From Atribacterota bacterium (GTDB lineage Bacteria; Atribacterota; Phoenicimicrobiia; Phoenicimicrobiales; Stramentimicrobiaceae): a DNA stretch of 64,000 bases. Where the stretch lies: positions 576,001 to 640,000 of the forward strand of contig JAXGNR010000004.1 in NCBI GenBank assembly GCA_040767965.1, given 5' to 3'. The notes below the pieces were generated by a model. That model ran no database searches and had not been told where the DNA came from. It saw only the letters and a list, made by a program, of their open reading frames with translations. A program made the position numbers and the translations under genes. Positions 53,407 through 64,000 of this stretch are shown here, one piece after another (position 1 is the first letter of the stretch; every line of letters starts with the position of its first letter).

Positions 53407-55341
53407 TTATCTTTTTACTTCCTGATAATTGTAAAAAATTATAATGTCTTTTACATGCAGTTCATCCAGCTTATTTATGTTAATACCACATTCATATCCG
53501 GCATGAACTTCTTTTACATCTTCTTTAAATCTCTTTAAAGAAAATTCTTTACCATCATAGATAATATTGTCATCGTGCATTACCCTGATATTATCTTTTA
53601 TAGATATTTTACCTTCAGTTACATAACATCCGGCTACAATTCCAATCTTTGGTATTTTAAATATTTCACGTACCTCAGCTTTGCCATTTACAATTTCTTC
53701 TAATTTTGGTTTTAGGTACCCTTTTAATGCAGCTTTTACTTCATCAAGCAGATCATAAATAATATTATAAGTTCTTACATCTATCTGTTCATTTTTTGCT
53801 ATTTTTTGCGCGTTAGAATCTATGTTTACATTGAATCCTATTACCAGTGCATTTGATGCTGATGCAAGCATAATATCTGTTTCAGAAATAGCACCTATAC
53901 CGTTATGAATTATTTTGATTTCTACTTCTTCATTGCCTAATGGTGAAAGTGAGTTTTGAATAGCATCAAGTGAGCCTTGTGTATCTGCTTTTAATATAAT
54001 GTTAAGTTCTTTTATTTTTCCTTTTAACATTTCATCAAATAAATGGTCTAACGATACTTTTTCCTGTTCCTGTTTCTGCTTTTGATGTTCTTCTTGTTTT
54101 CTTCCTTCAATTATAGTTTTTGCAAAGTGATCATCTGCTACAACCTGAAAGATATCTCCTGCTAAAGGCATTTGATTAAAACCGGCTATTTCTACAGGAG
54201 TTGAGGGACCAACATGCTTTAGGCTACTGCCTTTATCATCCATCATGCTTTTTACTTTTCCGTGTGCAGTTCCGACAACAAAATAATCGCCAATGTCTAA
54301 ATGGCCATCTTGTATTAATACTGTGGCTAAAATTCCTTTTCTTTTATCCAGCTTTGTTTCGATTACAACTCCTGTAGCCGGCAAGTCAGGAGTAACCTGT
54401 AATTCTAGCATTTCAGCTTGTATAGAAATTAATTCTAACAATTCATCAATTCCTTTTCCTTGCAATGCTGATATTTCAGCAACCAGTGTATCGCCTCCCC
54501 AATCTTCAGGGACTAATTGATACTGAGCTAGATCTTTTTTTACTTTATCGACATTTGCATTAGGTTTATCTACCTTGTTGATTGCTACAATTATTGGGAC
54601 CTTAGCTGCTTTGGCATGATTAATTGCTTCCACTGTTTGAGGCATAACTCCATCATCGGCAGCCACAACAAGGACAACAATATCAGTTGCTTTTACACCC
54701 CTGGCTCTCATAGTAGTAAAGGCCTCATGTCCGGGAGTGTCTATAAATACAAATCTGCTATTTTTTACATTTACAACATAAGCACCAATATGCTGAGTAA
54801 TTCCACCTGCTTCTTTTTTTGTAACATTACTCTTTCTTATTACATCAAGCAGAGTTGTTTTCCCATGATCTACGTGGCCTACTATAGTTATAGCCGGTGA
54901 TTTTGTTATTAATGAATAATCTGTTTCTGAATCATTTTTTTTCTTTAATGCTTTTTTTAAATTAGCAGATAATTCTATATCAAAATCATACTTATTGTAG
55001 ATATTTTTTACTATTGACCATGGTATTTCTTTATCAACAGAATGAATACTTCCGTATTTAGATATCTGTTGCATAATCTTTGACAAAGGTATTTTTAATT
55101 GTTTAGATAAGTCTTTTAAATTAGGCATTTTATCTAATGTTATTAATTTTTTACCTTCTTCTTTAGTTTCTGATAAACTGGTATTTTCTTCTGCCAAAGA
55201 TTCTCTAACAATTTCATATGTCTCATCATCCAGAGTGCTCATATGATTTTTTACATTGATACCTTCATTTTTAAGAAACTCAATAAGTTTTTTTGTAGGT
55301 ATCTTTAAATCTTCGGCTACTTCATATACTCTTTTCTTCAT
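53407..55341 (-). CDS. infB: Translation initiation factor IF-2
   Basis: GHVDHGKTT, GGITQHIGAY, DTPGHEAF, SLKRFKEDVKEV. Confidence 0.98.
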   Translation of the reverse strand: MKKRVYEVAEDLKIPTKKLIEFLKNEGINVKNHMSTLDDETYEIVRESLAEENTSLSETKEEGKKLITLDKMPNLKDLSKQLKIPLSKIMQQISKYGSIHSVDKEIPWSIVKNIYNKYDFDIELSANLKKALKKKNDSETDYSLITKSPAITIVGHVDHGKTTLLDVIRKSNVTKKEAGGITQHIGAYVVNVKNSRFVFIDTPGHEAFTTMRARGVKATDIVVLVVAADDGVMPQTVEAINHAKAAKVPIIVAINKVDKPNANVDKVKKDLAQYQLVPEDWGGDTLVAEISALQGKGIDELLELISIQAEMLELQVTPDLPATGVVIETKLDKRKGILATVLIQDGHLDIGDYFVVGTAHGKVKSMMDDKGSSLKHVGPSTPVEIAGFNQMPLAGDIFQVVADDHFAKTIIEGRKQEEHQKQKQEQEKVSLDHLFDEMLKGKIKELNIILKADTQGSLDAIQNSLSPLGNEEVEIKIIHNGIGAISETDIMLASASNALVIGFNVNIDSNAQKIAKNEQIDVRTYNIIYDLLDEVKAALKGYLKPKLEEIVNGKAEVREIFKIPKIGIVAGCYVTEGKISIKDNIRVMHDDNIIYDGKEFSLKRFKEDVKEVHAGYECGININKLDELHVKDIIIFYNYQEVKR

Positions 55342-55418
55342 AATTGCCGACCTCCATCTAAACCGGAATCATTACCCATGCTCAGGTTTTATTATATTAA
55401 TATTTTAAAAGAAATAAA

Positions 55419-55709
55419 TCAATTATCGTTATTTTTGTTTTTTTCTAGTTCAAGTTTTTCTGCTAATTGATTAAGAACATCAGGAGAAATTTCTATTTCT
55501 AAAGCTTTAAATAGTTTCTTTCCACTGATAGCCTTCTTAAAACACTCAATATTATAACATATATAAGCGCCCCTTCCTGATTTCTTGCCTGTTTCATCTA
55601 ATTCTATTTTATTGTCAGGGGTTCTTATAATTCTTATTAAATATTTTTTTGGTTTTTTTTCTAAACAACCAACACATGTCCTGTGTGGTATTTTTTTTAA
55701 CTGTTTCAT
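55419..55709 (-). CDS. ylxR: YlxR/DUF448 nucleic-acid-binding protein
   Basis: RTCVGC, LIRI, GRGAYIC..C. Confidence 0.92.
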   Translation of the reverse strand: MKQLKKIPHRTCVGCLEKKPKKYLIRIIRTPDNKIELDETGKKSGRGAYICYNIECFKKAISGKKLFKALEIEISPDVLNQLAEKLELEKNKNNDN

Positions 55710-55765
55710 TTTATAATTATTTTATTTTTTCAAATTTTAATTTAAGTAGCAAATAATTTAATAAA

Positions 55766-56839
55766 TCAATTGGTATTATCTTCTATGTTATTTTCTTTCT
55801 TAGATTGTGATTCACTTTTTATATCAATTTTCCAACCAGTTAATCTGGCAGCCAATCTGGCATTTTGTCCTTCTTTACCAATAGAAAGAGATAATTGCTG
55901 ATCTTCCACAATTACCAGTGCTCTTTTTTCTTTTTCATACAATTTAACCATTAAGACTTTAGCCGGATTTAAAGAGTTGGCAATAAATATTTTATCATCT
56001 TCGTGCCATTTTATAATATCAATTTTTTCATCTTGCAATTCTGTCATAATAGATTTAATTCTGGCCCCCCGGTCACCAATACACGAGCCAATCGAATCAA
56101 CCATATTTTCTCTGCTATCTACAGCAATTTTAGATCTTTTTCCGGCTTCTCTGGCAATTCCCTTAATCTCAACTAATCCTTCATGTATTTCAGGTACTTC
56201 AAGTTCAAATAGTCTTTTCAGTAAATCAGGGTGTGTTCTGGACAAAATTATTCTTGGTCCTTTTGAAGTCTTTTTAACTTCTACAACATAAAATTTCATT
56301 CTGCTGCCTTTTCTATAAGATTCAGTTCTTACCTGTTCATTAGGAGGTAAAACAGCTTCTGCTTTACCCAGATCAACTATCATATTAAGATTTTCTTGCC
56401 TTTGAATTATTCCTGTTACGATATCTTTTACTTTATCAATATATCTTTCATAAATAGCTTTTCTCTCAGCTTCTCTTATTTTTTGTACAATAACCTGTTT
56501 AGCAGTTTGGGTGGCAATTCTACCAAAGTCTTTTGGAGTAATTTCTATATTTACTTCATCTCCTATTACTATATTGTCATGATTTTTTGAAGCTTCTTCT
56601 ATACTTATTTCTAATGAGTTATTTTTAATATTTTCTACAACTGTTTTTTTGGTAAAAACCTGTACCTTACCCGAATCTTTATTAAAGAGAATGTCCACAT
56701 TGCCTTTACCCTGAGAAAAATTTTTTTTATATGCAGAAACAAGGGATGTTTCAATTGTATTGATCAATATTTCTTTTGAAATACCCTTTTCTTTTTCTAT
56801 TTCATCTAATACTTTGATTAAATTAATATTCATTTCCAT
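55766..56839 (-). CDS. nusA: Transcription termination/antitermination factor NusA
   Basis: FGRIATQTAKQVI, S1 and two KH domains, IGKEGQNARLAARLTGWKIDI. Confidence 0.97.
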   Translation of the reverse strand: MEMNINLIKVLDEIEKEKGISKEILINTIETSLVSAYKKNFSQGKGNVDILFNKDSGKVQVFTKKTVVENIKNNSLEISIEEASKNHDNIVIGDEVNIEITPKDFGRIATQTAKQVIVQKIREAERKAIYERYIDKVKDIVTGIIQRQENLNMIVDLGKAEAVLPPNEQVRTESYRKGSRMKFYVVEVKKTSKGPRIILSRTHPDLLKRLFELEVPEIHEGLVEIKGIAREAGKRSKIAVDSRENMVDSIGSCIGDRGARIKSIMTELQDEKIDIIKWHEDDKIFIANSLNPAKVLMVKLYEKEKRALVIVEDQQLSLSIGKEGQNARLAARLTGWKIDIKSESQSKKENNIEDNTN

Positions 56840-56919
56840 AGCTTAACCTTTTAACTCCTCACTATATATTTTGGGAATTAATAACAAGGAAAATAATATA
56901 ATTATCAAAATTACAAAAC

Positions 56920-56947
56920 AAAAGAGTGGTTTATAAACCACTCTTTT
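56920..56947 (-). promoter_or_regulatory. rimP/nusA-operon leader attenuator-like hairpin
   Basis: Perfect 28-bp palindrome AAAAGAGTGGTTTATAAACCACTCTTTT followed on the minus strand by GTTTTG; lies between an extended -10 and nusA. Confidence 0.75.
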
Positions 56948-56971
56948 CCCAAAATTTTTTGATTTGACTAT

Positions 56972-57000
56972 ATTATAACATATAAAAAAAAATTATTAAA
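56972..57000 (-). promoter_or_regulatory. Putative promoter of nusA-infB operon
   Basis: Minus strand TTTAAT-N17-TATAAT with TGn extension. Confidence 0.5.
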
Positions 57001-57101
57001 GCATAGGGGAAATTAATAATTTTTTAAATCTATCTAAAAATAAGTATATCATATATCATTCCAATATTGTATAGTATAAATTTAAACAATGAACATTTTT
57101 A

Positions 57102-58418
57102 TTATATTATTCTTCCGGAAAATTGATTATTTTTAATATCTTCTAATACAACTTTTTTTAGTTGACCTTTTATTAAATTGATATCATTTAAACATACCCT
57201 GATATAATTATCTGTCAGCCCGTAAGATTCATTTTTTTGCACATTAATAAATTCTATCAGGATATTTTTTTCTTTTCCGATATTTTTTTGTAAAAAATTA
57301 ATAGTTAAGTCTTTTGCTAATTTATTTAATTTTTTTATTCTTTCTTTTACAACAGAACAAGAAGGAATCTTATCTGGTAAATATGCAGAAAGACTCTTAT
57401 TTCTTGTAGAATAAGGGAAGATATGTATTTTTGCAAAGCCGATTTTTTTTATTAATTCATAAGTATTTAAAAATGCTGAATCATCTTCCCCTGGGAAACC
57501 TACGATTACATCTGTAGTGATTGAAATATCAGGGATATTTTTTTGCAAAGTTTTAACCTTTTCCAAAAAATGAGATCCATTATATTTTCTATTCATTATA
57601 GATAGAATGTTATCATCTCCACTTTGTAAAGGAATATGTAAATGGTGACAGCATTTTTGTGAATCGGATAAAGTCTCAATCAATTCATTTGTTACCCATG
57701 GCAATTCTATAGAACTTAATCTAATTCTGCTTATTGGGGTGCTTTTTTCAATATTTTTTATTATTTTTGACAAATTTATTTTTTGATTCAATAAATCATC
57801 GCCATAACTGCCCAGATTTATTCCTAATAATACTATTTCTTGATAATTTTCAAGGGATAATTGTTTAATTTCCTTAATTATATCTTCAGGTAACCTGCTT
57901 CTCGCCTTGCCTCTGAGGTAAGGAATAATGCAATAGCTACAAAACTGATTGCAACCATCTTGGATTTTCATTAACGCTCTAACATTTTCAGTAATGCTAT
58001 TGTATGGATTATTTTTATATTCCCTTAGACTGGTAATTGGTTTTACATAAATTTCATTCTGATCTTTTTTTATACCAGTATTTTTTAAAATAGAAAAGAT
58101 ATCTTCTTTGTAATAATTACCAATAATGGCAAGATTAGGATTGTTAATATTTTTTATTTCTTTAAGATTAGATTCAACACAGCATCCAGTTACTATAATT
58201 TTAGCAGATGGATTAGTCCGGGAGGCTTTTCTTATCATTTGTTTTGATTTTCGCTCTGCTTCTCCAGTTACAGCACAGGTATTAATAATATACAGATCAG
58301 CTTTACTGTTAAAATCAGTTAGCTGATAACCATTTTTTTCAAAAGATTTTTTTATGCTTCCTGTTTCATACTGATTTACTTTGCATCCTAAAGTTTTAAA
58401 GGCCACTTTTTTATTCAT
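57102..58418 (-). CDS. mtaB: tRNA t6A37 methylthiotransferase MtaB
   Basis: TLGCKVNQYE, INTCAVT, GCNQFCSYC, RLSSIE; follows dnaJ. Confidence 0.93.
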   Translation of the reverse strand: MNKKVAFKTLGCKVNQYETGSIKKSFEKNGYQLTDFNSKADLYIINTCAVTGEAERKSKQMIRKASRTNPSAKIIVTGCCVESNLKEIKNINNPNLAIIGNYYKEDIFSILKNTGIKKDQNEIYVKPITSLREYKNNPYNSITENVRALMKIQDGCNQFCSYCIIPYLRGKARSRLPEDIIKEIKQLSLENYQEIVLLGINLGSYGDDLLNQKINLSKIIKNIEKSTPISRIRLSSIELPWVTNELIETLSDSQKCCHHLHIPLQSGDDNILSIMNRKYNGSHFLEKVKTLQKNIPDISITTDVIVGFPGEDDSAFLNTYELIKKIGFAKIHIFPYSTRNKSLSAYLPDKIPSCSVVKERIKKLNKLAKDLTINFLQKNIGKEKNILIEFINVQKNESYGLTDNYIRVCLNDINLIKGQLKKVVLEDIKNNQFSGRII

Positions 58419-58426
58419 AAAATATT

Positions 58427-59587
58427 TTATTTATTTTTAGTAAAGGTTTCTTTTACTTTTTCAAAAATATTTTTTTCCCCAATTTTTTCAATATTTTCTC
58501 CTGTTTCCTGAGCAAAATCATAAATTAATTTTTTTGCTTTTTGAGTTAAATTTTTTGGGATATCAACAATAATTTTAACATGCTCATCACCCCTTAATTT
58601 GCTTCCAAGCTTGTAGGCTCCTTTATTTCTTAAACGGAATACAGTATTGTTTTGGGTTCCGGAAGGTATTTTCATCTTGACATTGCCATCCAATGTTGGA
58701 ATAGTTGCCTCTCCTCCCAAAATTGCCTTAGGAACACTTATTTTATGCTCAACATATATATCTGCACCATTTCGTTTAAAAACAGGATGTTCTTTTACAT
58801 TTAAAATTATATATAGATCTCCAGCCGGACCGCCATTTTCTCCAGGTTGCCCCATACCAGCAAGTCTCAATTGATGCCCTGTTTCAACCCCTGCTAATAT
58901 TTTAACAGTAATTCTTTTCCTTTTTTTAACTTTGCCAGCGCCTTGACATGTTTTACAAGGAGTATCAATAATTTGACCGGACCCTTTACATCTCGGGCAG
59001 GCTTGGATATTAATAGATTGTCCAAAAAAGGTGTTTTGGGTCATTCTTATTTCCCCTGTACCATTACAATCTGGACAGGTTCTTTTTGATGTTCCCGGTT
59101 CAGAACCACTTCCCTGACAGTTACTACAGTTTTGCCAGCTGGGAATGTCAATCTTTTTTTCTGCTCCAAAAGCTGCTTCTTTTAGTTCTACTTCCAGGTT
59201 GTATCTGAGACTGGCTCCTTTCTGAGCCCTGTTACGCTGATAAGATCTTCGTGAACTTCCTCCTCCAAAAAATGATTCAAAAATATCGCTAAAGCTACCA
59301 AAATCATCCGATCCCTCACCATAAAAATTCCTAAAATCAAAACCACCAGCACCATTACCTGTAGGATCAGCCGTTCCAAATTGATCGTATTTCGATCTCT
59401 TTTCCGGGTCACTCAAAATGGCGTAAGCTTCTCCTATTTCTTTAAACTTTTTTTCAGCCTCTTCCTTATTGTTAGGATTTGCATCTGGATGATATTTCAA
59501 AGCCAATTTTCGATATGATTTTTTTATTTCTTCCTGGGAAGCTTCCTTGCTAACCCCAAGAGTCTGGTAATAATCTTTATTAGCCAC
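58427..59587 (-). CDS. dnaJ: Chaperone DnaJ
   Basis: J-domain HPD, G/F region, four CxxCxGxG repeats; GTG start. Confidence 0.97.
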   Translation of the reverse strand: MANKDYYQTLGVSKEASQEEIKKSYRKLALKYHPDANPNNKEEAEKKFKEIGEAYAILSDPEKRSKYDQFGTADPTGNGAGGFDFRNFYGEGSDDFGSFSDIFESFFGGGSSRRSYQRNRAQKGASLRYNLEVELKEAAFGAEKKIDIPSWQNCSNCQGSGSEPGTSKRTCPDCNGTGEIRMTQNTFFGQSINIQACPRCKGSGQIIDTPCKTCQGAGKVKKRKRITVKILAGVETGHQLRLAGMGQPGENGGPAGDLYIILNVKEHPVFKRNGADIYVEHKISVPKAILGGEATIPTLDGNVKMKIPSGTQNNTVFRLRNKGAYKLGSKLRGDEHVKIIVDIPKNLTQKAKKLIYDFAQETGENIEKIGEKNIFEKVKETFTKNK

Positions 59588-59642
59588 TACAAAAACCTCT
59601 TCTAGTTCAATTTATCCTTATTTCTATATATTTTAAGTTAAA

Positions 59643-59693
59643 AGATTTGTCAAATCGCCAGAATTTATAATAGACTGGCAATTTGACAAATCT
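59643..59693 (-). terminator. Strong hairpin between dnaK and dnaJ (terminator/mRNA stabiliser)
   Basis: 19-bp stem AGATTTGTCAAAT-GCCAG / CTGGC-ATTTGACAAATCT (one G-U pair on minus strand), 13-nt loop, short T tract. Confidence 0.75.
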
Positions 59694-59707
59694 AACAATA
59701 TGATTAT

Positions 59708-61669
59708 TTATTTTTTGTTATTATTATCATTGTCTTCTTTATATTCAGCATCATACACTTTTTCTTCATGCTGGCTACCTTTTGACTGCTCTTCTTCTTG
59801 AGATTGCCCATCAGAGTAATTATTTTGGCCAGCATCATTTCCAGCTTGTTGTTCTTTGTCAGTCGAAGATTGTTTATACATTTCCTCTGCAAGTTTATAA
59901 GATGAATTTGTAAGTTTTTCGATTCCGGTTTTCATTTCATCTATATTATCTTCCTGCATTGCTTTTCTTAGCTGACTGATATTTTCATTCAGTTCATTTT
60001 TTGTAACTTCATTTATTTTATCACCAGCATCTTTAATAGTTTTTTCAGTTGAATATATAAGAGTATCAGCCTGGTTATGTAATTCTATCTTCTCTTTCTG
60101 TTTTTTATCTTCTTCTGCATATTGTTCAGCTTCTTTTATTTTTTTCTGAATTTCTTCTTCAGATAAGCCGCTGGAATGGTTAATTGTTATTTTTTGTTCT
60201 TTACCAGTCCCCTTGTCTTTAGCTTTAACATTTAAAATTCCGTTAGCATCAATGTCAAAAGAAACTTCAATTTGCGGTAATCCTCTAGGAGCAGATGGGA
60301 TACCAACAAGTTGAAATCTGCCTAAACTAATATTATCTTTTGCCATTGGCCGTTCTCCCTGGAGAACATTTATATCAACTGCAGTCTGATTGTCTGCAGC
60401 AGTTGAAAATATTTGCTGTCGGGATGCAGGGATAGTGGTATTTTTTTCTATTAATTTAGTAAACACACCACCTAATGTTTCAATACCCAGGGAAAGCGGA
60501 GTTACATCTAGTAACTGGATATCTTTAACGTCTCCTTTAAGTTTTCCGGCCTGTATGGCAGCCCCCATGGCAACAACTTCATCTGGATTTACCCCTTTGT
60601 GGGGGTCTTTTCCGAATATTTTTTTAACTATTTCATGGACTTTAGGCATTCTGGTTTGTCCGCCCACCAGAATTACTTCATCTATGTCATCAGCGGATAA
60701 TTTTGCATCTTCTAAAGCTTTTTGGCATGGGCCAATAGTTCTCTCTAAAAGATCATCAATAAGCTGTTCAAGTTTAGATCTTGTCAATGTATAGTTTAAA
60801 TGCTTTGGACCACTTGAATCAGCAGTTATAAATGGCAAATTAATATCGGTTTCCACTGATGATGACAATTCACATTTTGCTTTTTCAGCAGCCTCTTTTA
60901 ATCTTTGTAATGCCATCTGGTCATTGCTTAAATCTATTCCTTGATCTTTTTTAAAATTGTCAATTAACCAATTAATAACACGTTGATCAAAATCATCACC
61001 ACCAAGAAAAGTATCACCATTAGTAGATTTTACTTCAAAAATACCATCACCGATATCAAGTATAGAAATATCAAAAGTTCCTCCACCAAGGTCAAAAACT
61101 GCTATTTTCTCACTTTTTTTCTTATCTAAACCATATGCCAACGAAGCAGCGGTAGGTTCATTTATAATTCTGAGAACATTCAAACCCGCGATACGCCCAG
61201 CTGCTTTAGTTGCCTCTCTTTGATTATCATTAAAATAAGCTGGCACAGTGATAACAGCTTCAGTTATTTCTTCACCTAAATGGTCTTCTGCTGATTGTTT
61301 TAGTCTTTGTAAGATCATTGCTGAAATTTCTTCAGGGCTGTATTTTTTGTCTTTGGCCTGAATCATTACTTTGTCATTCTCTCCATCTGTAATATCGTAG
61401 GAAAGCACTTTCTTAATTTCCTGTACTTCAGCATCATTGTATCTTCTGCCAATAAATCTTTTTACAGAATAGATGGTATTTTTAGAATTAGTAACAGCCT
61501 GTCTTTTAGCCAACAGACCAACTAATCTTTCACCTTTTTTGCTAAAAGCGACCACTGAGGGAGTTGTTCTGCTCCCTTCTTTATTTTCTATAACAACAGG
61601 TTGTCCACCTTCCATAACAGCGACAACCGAATTTGTAGTACCTAAGTCTATACCAATTGCTCTAGCCAT
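59708..61669 (-). CDS. dnaK: Chaperone DnaK
   Basis: [35 protein letters not shown]; AAGGAGG SD before ATG 61669. Confidence 0.98.
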   Translation of the reverse strand: MARAIGIDLGTTNSVVAVMEGGQPVVIENKEGSRTTPSVVAFSKKGERLVGLLAKRQAVTNSKNTIYSVKRFIGRRYNDAEVQEIKKVLSYDITDGENDKVMIQAKDKKYSPEEISAMILQRLKQSAEDHLGEEITEAVITVPAYFNDNQREATKAAGRIAGLNVLRIINEPTAASLAYGLDKKKSEKIAVFDLGGGTFDISILDIGDGIFEVKSTNGDTFLGGDDFDQRVINWLIDNFKKDQGIDLSNDQMALQRLKEAAEKAKCELSSSVETDINLPFITADSSGPKHLNYTLTRSKLEQLIDDLLERTIGPCQKALEDAKLSADDIDEVILVGGQTRMPKVHEIVKKIFGKDPHKGVNPDEVVAMGAAIQAGKLKGDVKDIQLLDVTPLSLGIETLGGVFTKLIEKNTTIPASRQQIFSTAADNQTAVDINVLQGERPMAKDNISLGRFQLVGIPSAPRGLPQIEVSFDIDANGILNVKAKDKGTGKEQKITINHSSGLSEEEIQKKIKEAEQYAEEDKKQKEKIELHNQADTLIYSTEKTIKDAGDKINEVTKNELNENISQLRKAMQEDNIDEMKTGIEKLTNSSYKLAEEMYKQSSTDKEQQAGNDAGQNNYSDGQSQEEEQSKGSQHEEKVYDAEYKEDNDNNNKK

Positions 61670-61759
61670 ATTTGAATCCTCCTTATATATCATTAAGATT
61701 ATATCAACATAATTTATCTTAATTATTTCTTTTTCTTTATTTTATTTATAATTTATTTG

Positions 61760-62377
61760 CTATTTACATTTTTTTGAAACTTTTACAGTTGCAGGTCTTA
61801 TAACGTTTGTTTTAAGATAGTATCCCTTGTTAAGTTCCTCAACAACAGTATCTTCAGGATAATCATCTGACTCTACTTGCATGATTGCTTCATGGCAAAA
61901 AGGATCAAACTTTTCTCCAACAGCTTCTATTGGCTTTAAGCCTTCTTTGTTAAGTATTTTATGAAGACTGTTTAAAATGTTTTCAATACCTTCCCTAATG
62001 GACTCTTCCTTATTACGGCTATCCTTTGAGTAAGAAACAGCCCTTTCCAGATTATCTATTACTGATAGAAGCTGACATATTAAATCTTTGTTTGCATATT
62101 CAATGTATTCCTTTTTTTTCTTTTCTTCCCTTTTTTTGTAATTATCAAAGTCAGCTTGCATTCTAATTAATTGATTTTTGTAAATATTGGCATCATTTTC
62201 AACAATGTTTAGTTTTTCTTCAATCTTTTCAATATCTTTTTTATATTGCATTATTTCTTTATCTTTTTCCATTATTTTTTCAATAAGGCAATTTTTTTTG
62301 ATGTTTTTATAATATTCTTTTTTTTCTCCTGCTTGTTCTTTTTCGTGAATATTTTCTGTGTTTTTGCAATTATCCAT
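61760..62377 (-). CDS. grpE: Nucleotide exchange factor GrpE
   Basis: RMQADFDNYKKR, IDNLERA, FDP..HEA, GY..VIRPATVKV; AGGGGG SD before ATG 62377. Confidence 0.95.
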   Translation of the reverse strand: MDNCKNTENIHEKEQAGEKKEYYKNIKKNCLIEKIMEKDKEIMQYKKDIEKIEEKLNIVENDANIYKNQLIRMQADFDNYKKREEKKKKEYIEYANKDLICQLLSVIDNLERAVSYSKDSRNKEESIREGIENILNSLHKILNKEGLKPIEAVGEKFDPFCHEAIMQVESDDYPEDTVVEELNKGYYLKTNVIRPATVKVSKKCK

Positions 62378-62420
62378 ATTCAACCCCCTTTGGTTCTTAA
62401 TGCTCTCCATTATAAAAAAA

Positions 62421-63449
62421 TTATTCAGACAGTATTTTACTTAATCGATTTGCTATAAAATCTAATATAGATATTGCTTTAGGGTAATTTATTCTAGTTG
62501 GTCCTAAAACGCTTATTGCCCCCATTGGTTTACCTTTTATTGTATATTGTCTTGTTATCACACTGCAATCCTGCATACTTTCTTTACCAAATTCACTGCC
62601 GATAACTATATCATATTGTTTTGACAAGAAAGACTTTTTAATGATTTGAATGAGGTTTTTTTCTTCTTCAATAAAGTCAAAAAGATAGTTTAATCTTTCA
62701 ATTTCTTTAAATTCAGGTTGTTTTACTATATAGCAACGATTACCTAAAAAGATATTTTCCTCATCGTCATGAAAATCAAGGCAATCTTCAATCAGTTTCC
62801 AGATTGATTCCATGGTCCGGTATTTAAAATAATACTGGTAAATCTTTTCCAACATTTCATCATTCACTACTTCCAAGCTTTTGCCGTAAAACTCCTTTTT
62901 TATTATTTTTTCAATGGTATCTAAATTATCTTCTGAAATATCATGAGTTATGTTCATAATTTTTTGATAAAATAATCCGCTATCAGTGATAATAGTAATC
63001 AGGATTCTGTTATTATTTAATAATATAAAACGGATATCCCTCAAAGTATCACTTGCCATATTAGGAGCAAGAACAACTCCTAAGTTGTTAGTTAATTTTG
63101 ATATTAATTTTGAAGTTATCCTCATAATCTCATTAAATTCTTTTTTTATTTTATAATTTTCATTTATTTCCTTTTTAATTGATTTATTAAGATCATAAAT
63201 ATTTTTACTCATTAAGTTATCTACATAAAATCTATATCCTTTATCGGTTGGTATCCGACCAGCTGATGTGTGAGGTTTTTTCAAATAACCCATTTTTTCC
63301 AATGACAACATATCATGACGTATTGTTGCTGAACTTACATTTAAACCATAATCTTTTACGATTACTTCTGAGCTTATAGGTTCAGCAGTTGTTATATAGC
63401 TATACACTACTGCATTTAAAATAGATTTCATTCTATCATTTGTTATCAT
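62421..63449 (-). CDS. hrcA: Heat-inducible transcription repressor HrcA
   Basis: VSSATIRHDM..LE..GYL.KPHTSAGRIPTDKGYRFYVD, LGPTRINY. Confidence 0.96.
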   Translation of the reverse strand: MITNDRMKSILNAVVYSYITTAEPISSEVIVKDYGLNVSSATIRHDMLSLEKMGYLKKPHTSAGRIPTDKGYRFYVDNLMSKNIYDLNKSIKKEINENYKIKKEFNEIMRITSKLISKLTNNLGVVLAPNMASDTLRDIRFILLNNNRILITIITDSGLFYQKIMNITHDISEDNLDTIEKIIKKEFYGKSLEVVNDEMLEKIYQYYFKYRTMESIWKLIEDCLDFHDDEENIFLGNRCYIVKQPEFKEIERLNYLFDFIEEEKNLIQIIKKSFLSKQYDIVIGSEFGKESMQDCSVITRQYTIKGKPMGAISVLGPTRINYPKAISILDFIANRLSKILSE

Positions 63450-63563
63450 AATTATCACCTGGATATGTGGTGAATATTTATCTTTCTCGCAACTTATGCA
63501 TTAAAACACATATCGATTAATTTAATAATTTAGTATTGTTTTTATAATTTAATTTTTAAACAA

Positions 63564-63590
63564 TTAGCACTCTTGCTGTGAGAGTGCTAA
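63564..63590. promoter_or_regulatory. CIRCE operator (HrcA binding site)
   Basis: Perfect TTAGCACTC-N9-GAGTGCTAA upstream of hrcA. Confidence 0.97.
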
Positions 63591-63600
63591 TCACTAAAAT

Positions 63601-63629
63601 AAGATAACACTTACTTATATTTTTGTCAA
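63601..63629 (-). promoter_or_regulatory. Sigma70/SigA promoter of hrcA-grpE-dnaK operon
   Basis: Minus strand TTGACA-N17-TATCTT with extended TG, directly upstream of CIRCE. Confidence 0.75.
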
Positions 63630-63665
63630 GAGTTGTTTGTGCAAATGAATATCTATTAAAAAATT

Positions 63666-64000
63666 TTAATCTATAAATTCCAGAAAGGCAATATTAGCAA
63701 GAAAAACCCCTTTTTTTGTTAGATGATAATTTTTTTTTGTTTCTGAAAGCAATCCTTGTTTTTTTAAATATTCAAGTTGTTCTCCAAAAAAAGAGGCAGC
63801 AGGCATCTTAAACCGCTTATTGAAATTATTTTTTGAAAAACCTTTTAGCATTCTTAGAGACAATATTATCGTTTCAGACATTTCTTCTTTTAAAGGGAGT
63901 GTTTCCTGGTATTCAATTGGCAAGATATTCTGTTTTAATAAATTTATGTATTGTCCAAGATTACTGATATTCCTGAATCTGCTTTTATTTATATAGGATG
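63666..64000 (-). CDS. hemW: Radical SAM heme chaperone HemW/HemN-like, C-terminal fragment (truncated by window)
   Basis: Open frame to window edge; ETIILSLRMLKG..F..RF..LTKKGVFLAN resembles HemN_C; canonical hemW-hrcA synteny. Confidence 0.8.
   Translation of the reverse strand, partial: SYINKSRFRNISNLGQYINLLKQNILPIEYQETLPLKEEMSETIILSLRMLKGFSKNNFNKRFKMPAASFFGEQLEYLKKQGLLSETKKNYHLTKKGVFLANIAFLEFID

Noticed and set aside
55342-55418. Remnant of ylxQ (L7Ae) between ylxR and infB
   Set aside because: Only a faint NDSGL resemblance in 77 bp; not supportable

Overview
Very AT-rich bacterial chromosome segment made almost entirely of core housekeeping genes, and very likely spanning the replication terminus. 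All 37 protein-coding genes and a tRNA-Arg(CCG) left of ~35.0 kb are on +: ffh-rpsP-khpA-trmD-rplS-rnhB-yraN-comM-rpe-der-plsY-topA-xerC-hslVU, rpsB-tsf-pyrH-frr-uppS-cdsA-dxr-rseP-ispG-GT2, a 9-gene Na+-type V/A-ATPase operon, plsC, an NHL/TPR membrane protein and an orphan AmrB/MEMO1. All 27 genes to the right are on -: hemW-hrcA-grpE-dnaK-dnaJ-mtaB, nusA-infB-rbfA-truB-ribF-rpsO-pnp-dut-uppP-ftsK, and rodZ-like, DUF4416, thpR, recA-recX-rny-miaB-miaA. The two halves converge on a 28-bp dif-like site at 35007-35034. A perfect CIRCE precedes hrcA. dxr and V-ATPase subunit C each lack one base, probably sequencing errors. Gene order is Firmicutes-like, but DnaK carries the diderm-type insert, compatible with a deep-branching anaerobe such as Atribacterota (inference only). 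I found no mobile element, CRISPR, defence island or clearly new multi-gene system. The best leads are the dif site, a possible terminus-centred inversion, the absence of rimM, rimP, prmA, rsmE and other genes from their usual loci (with a rimP-leader-like hairpin still upstream of nusA), and possible AUU start codons for rny and thpR.
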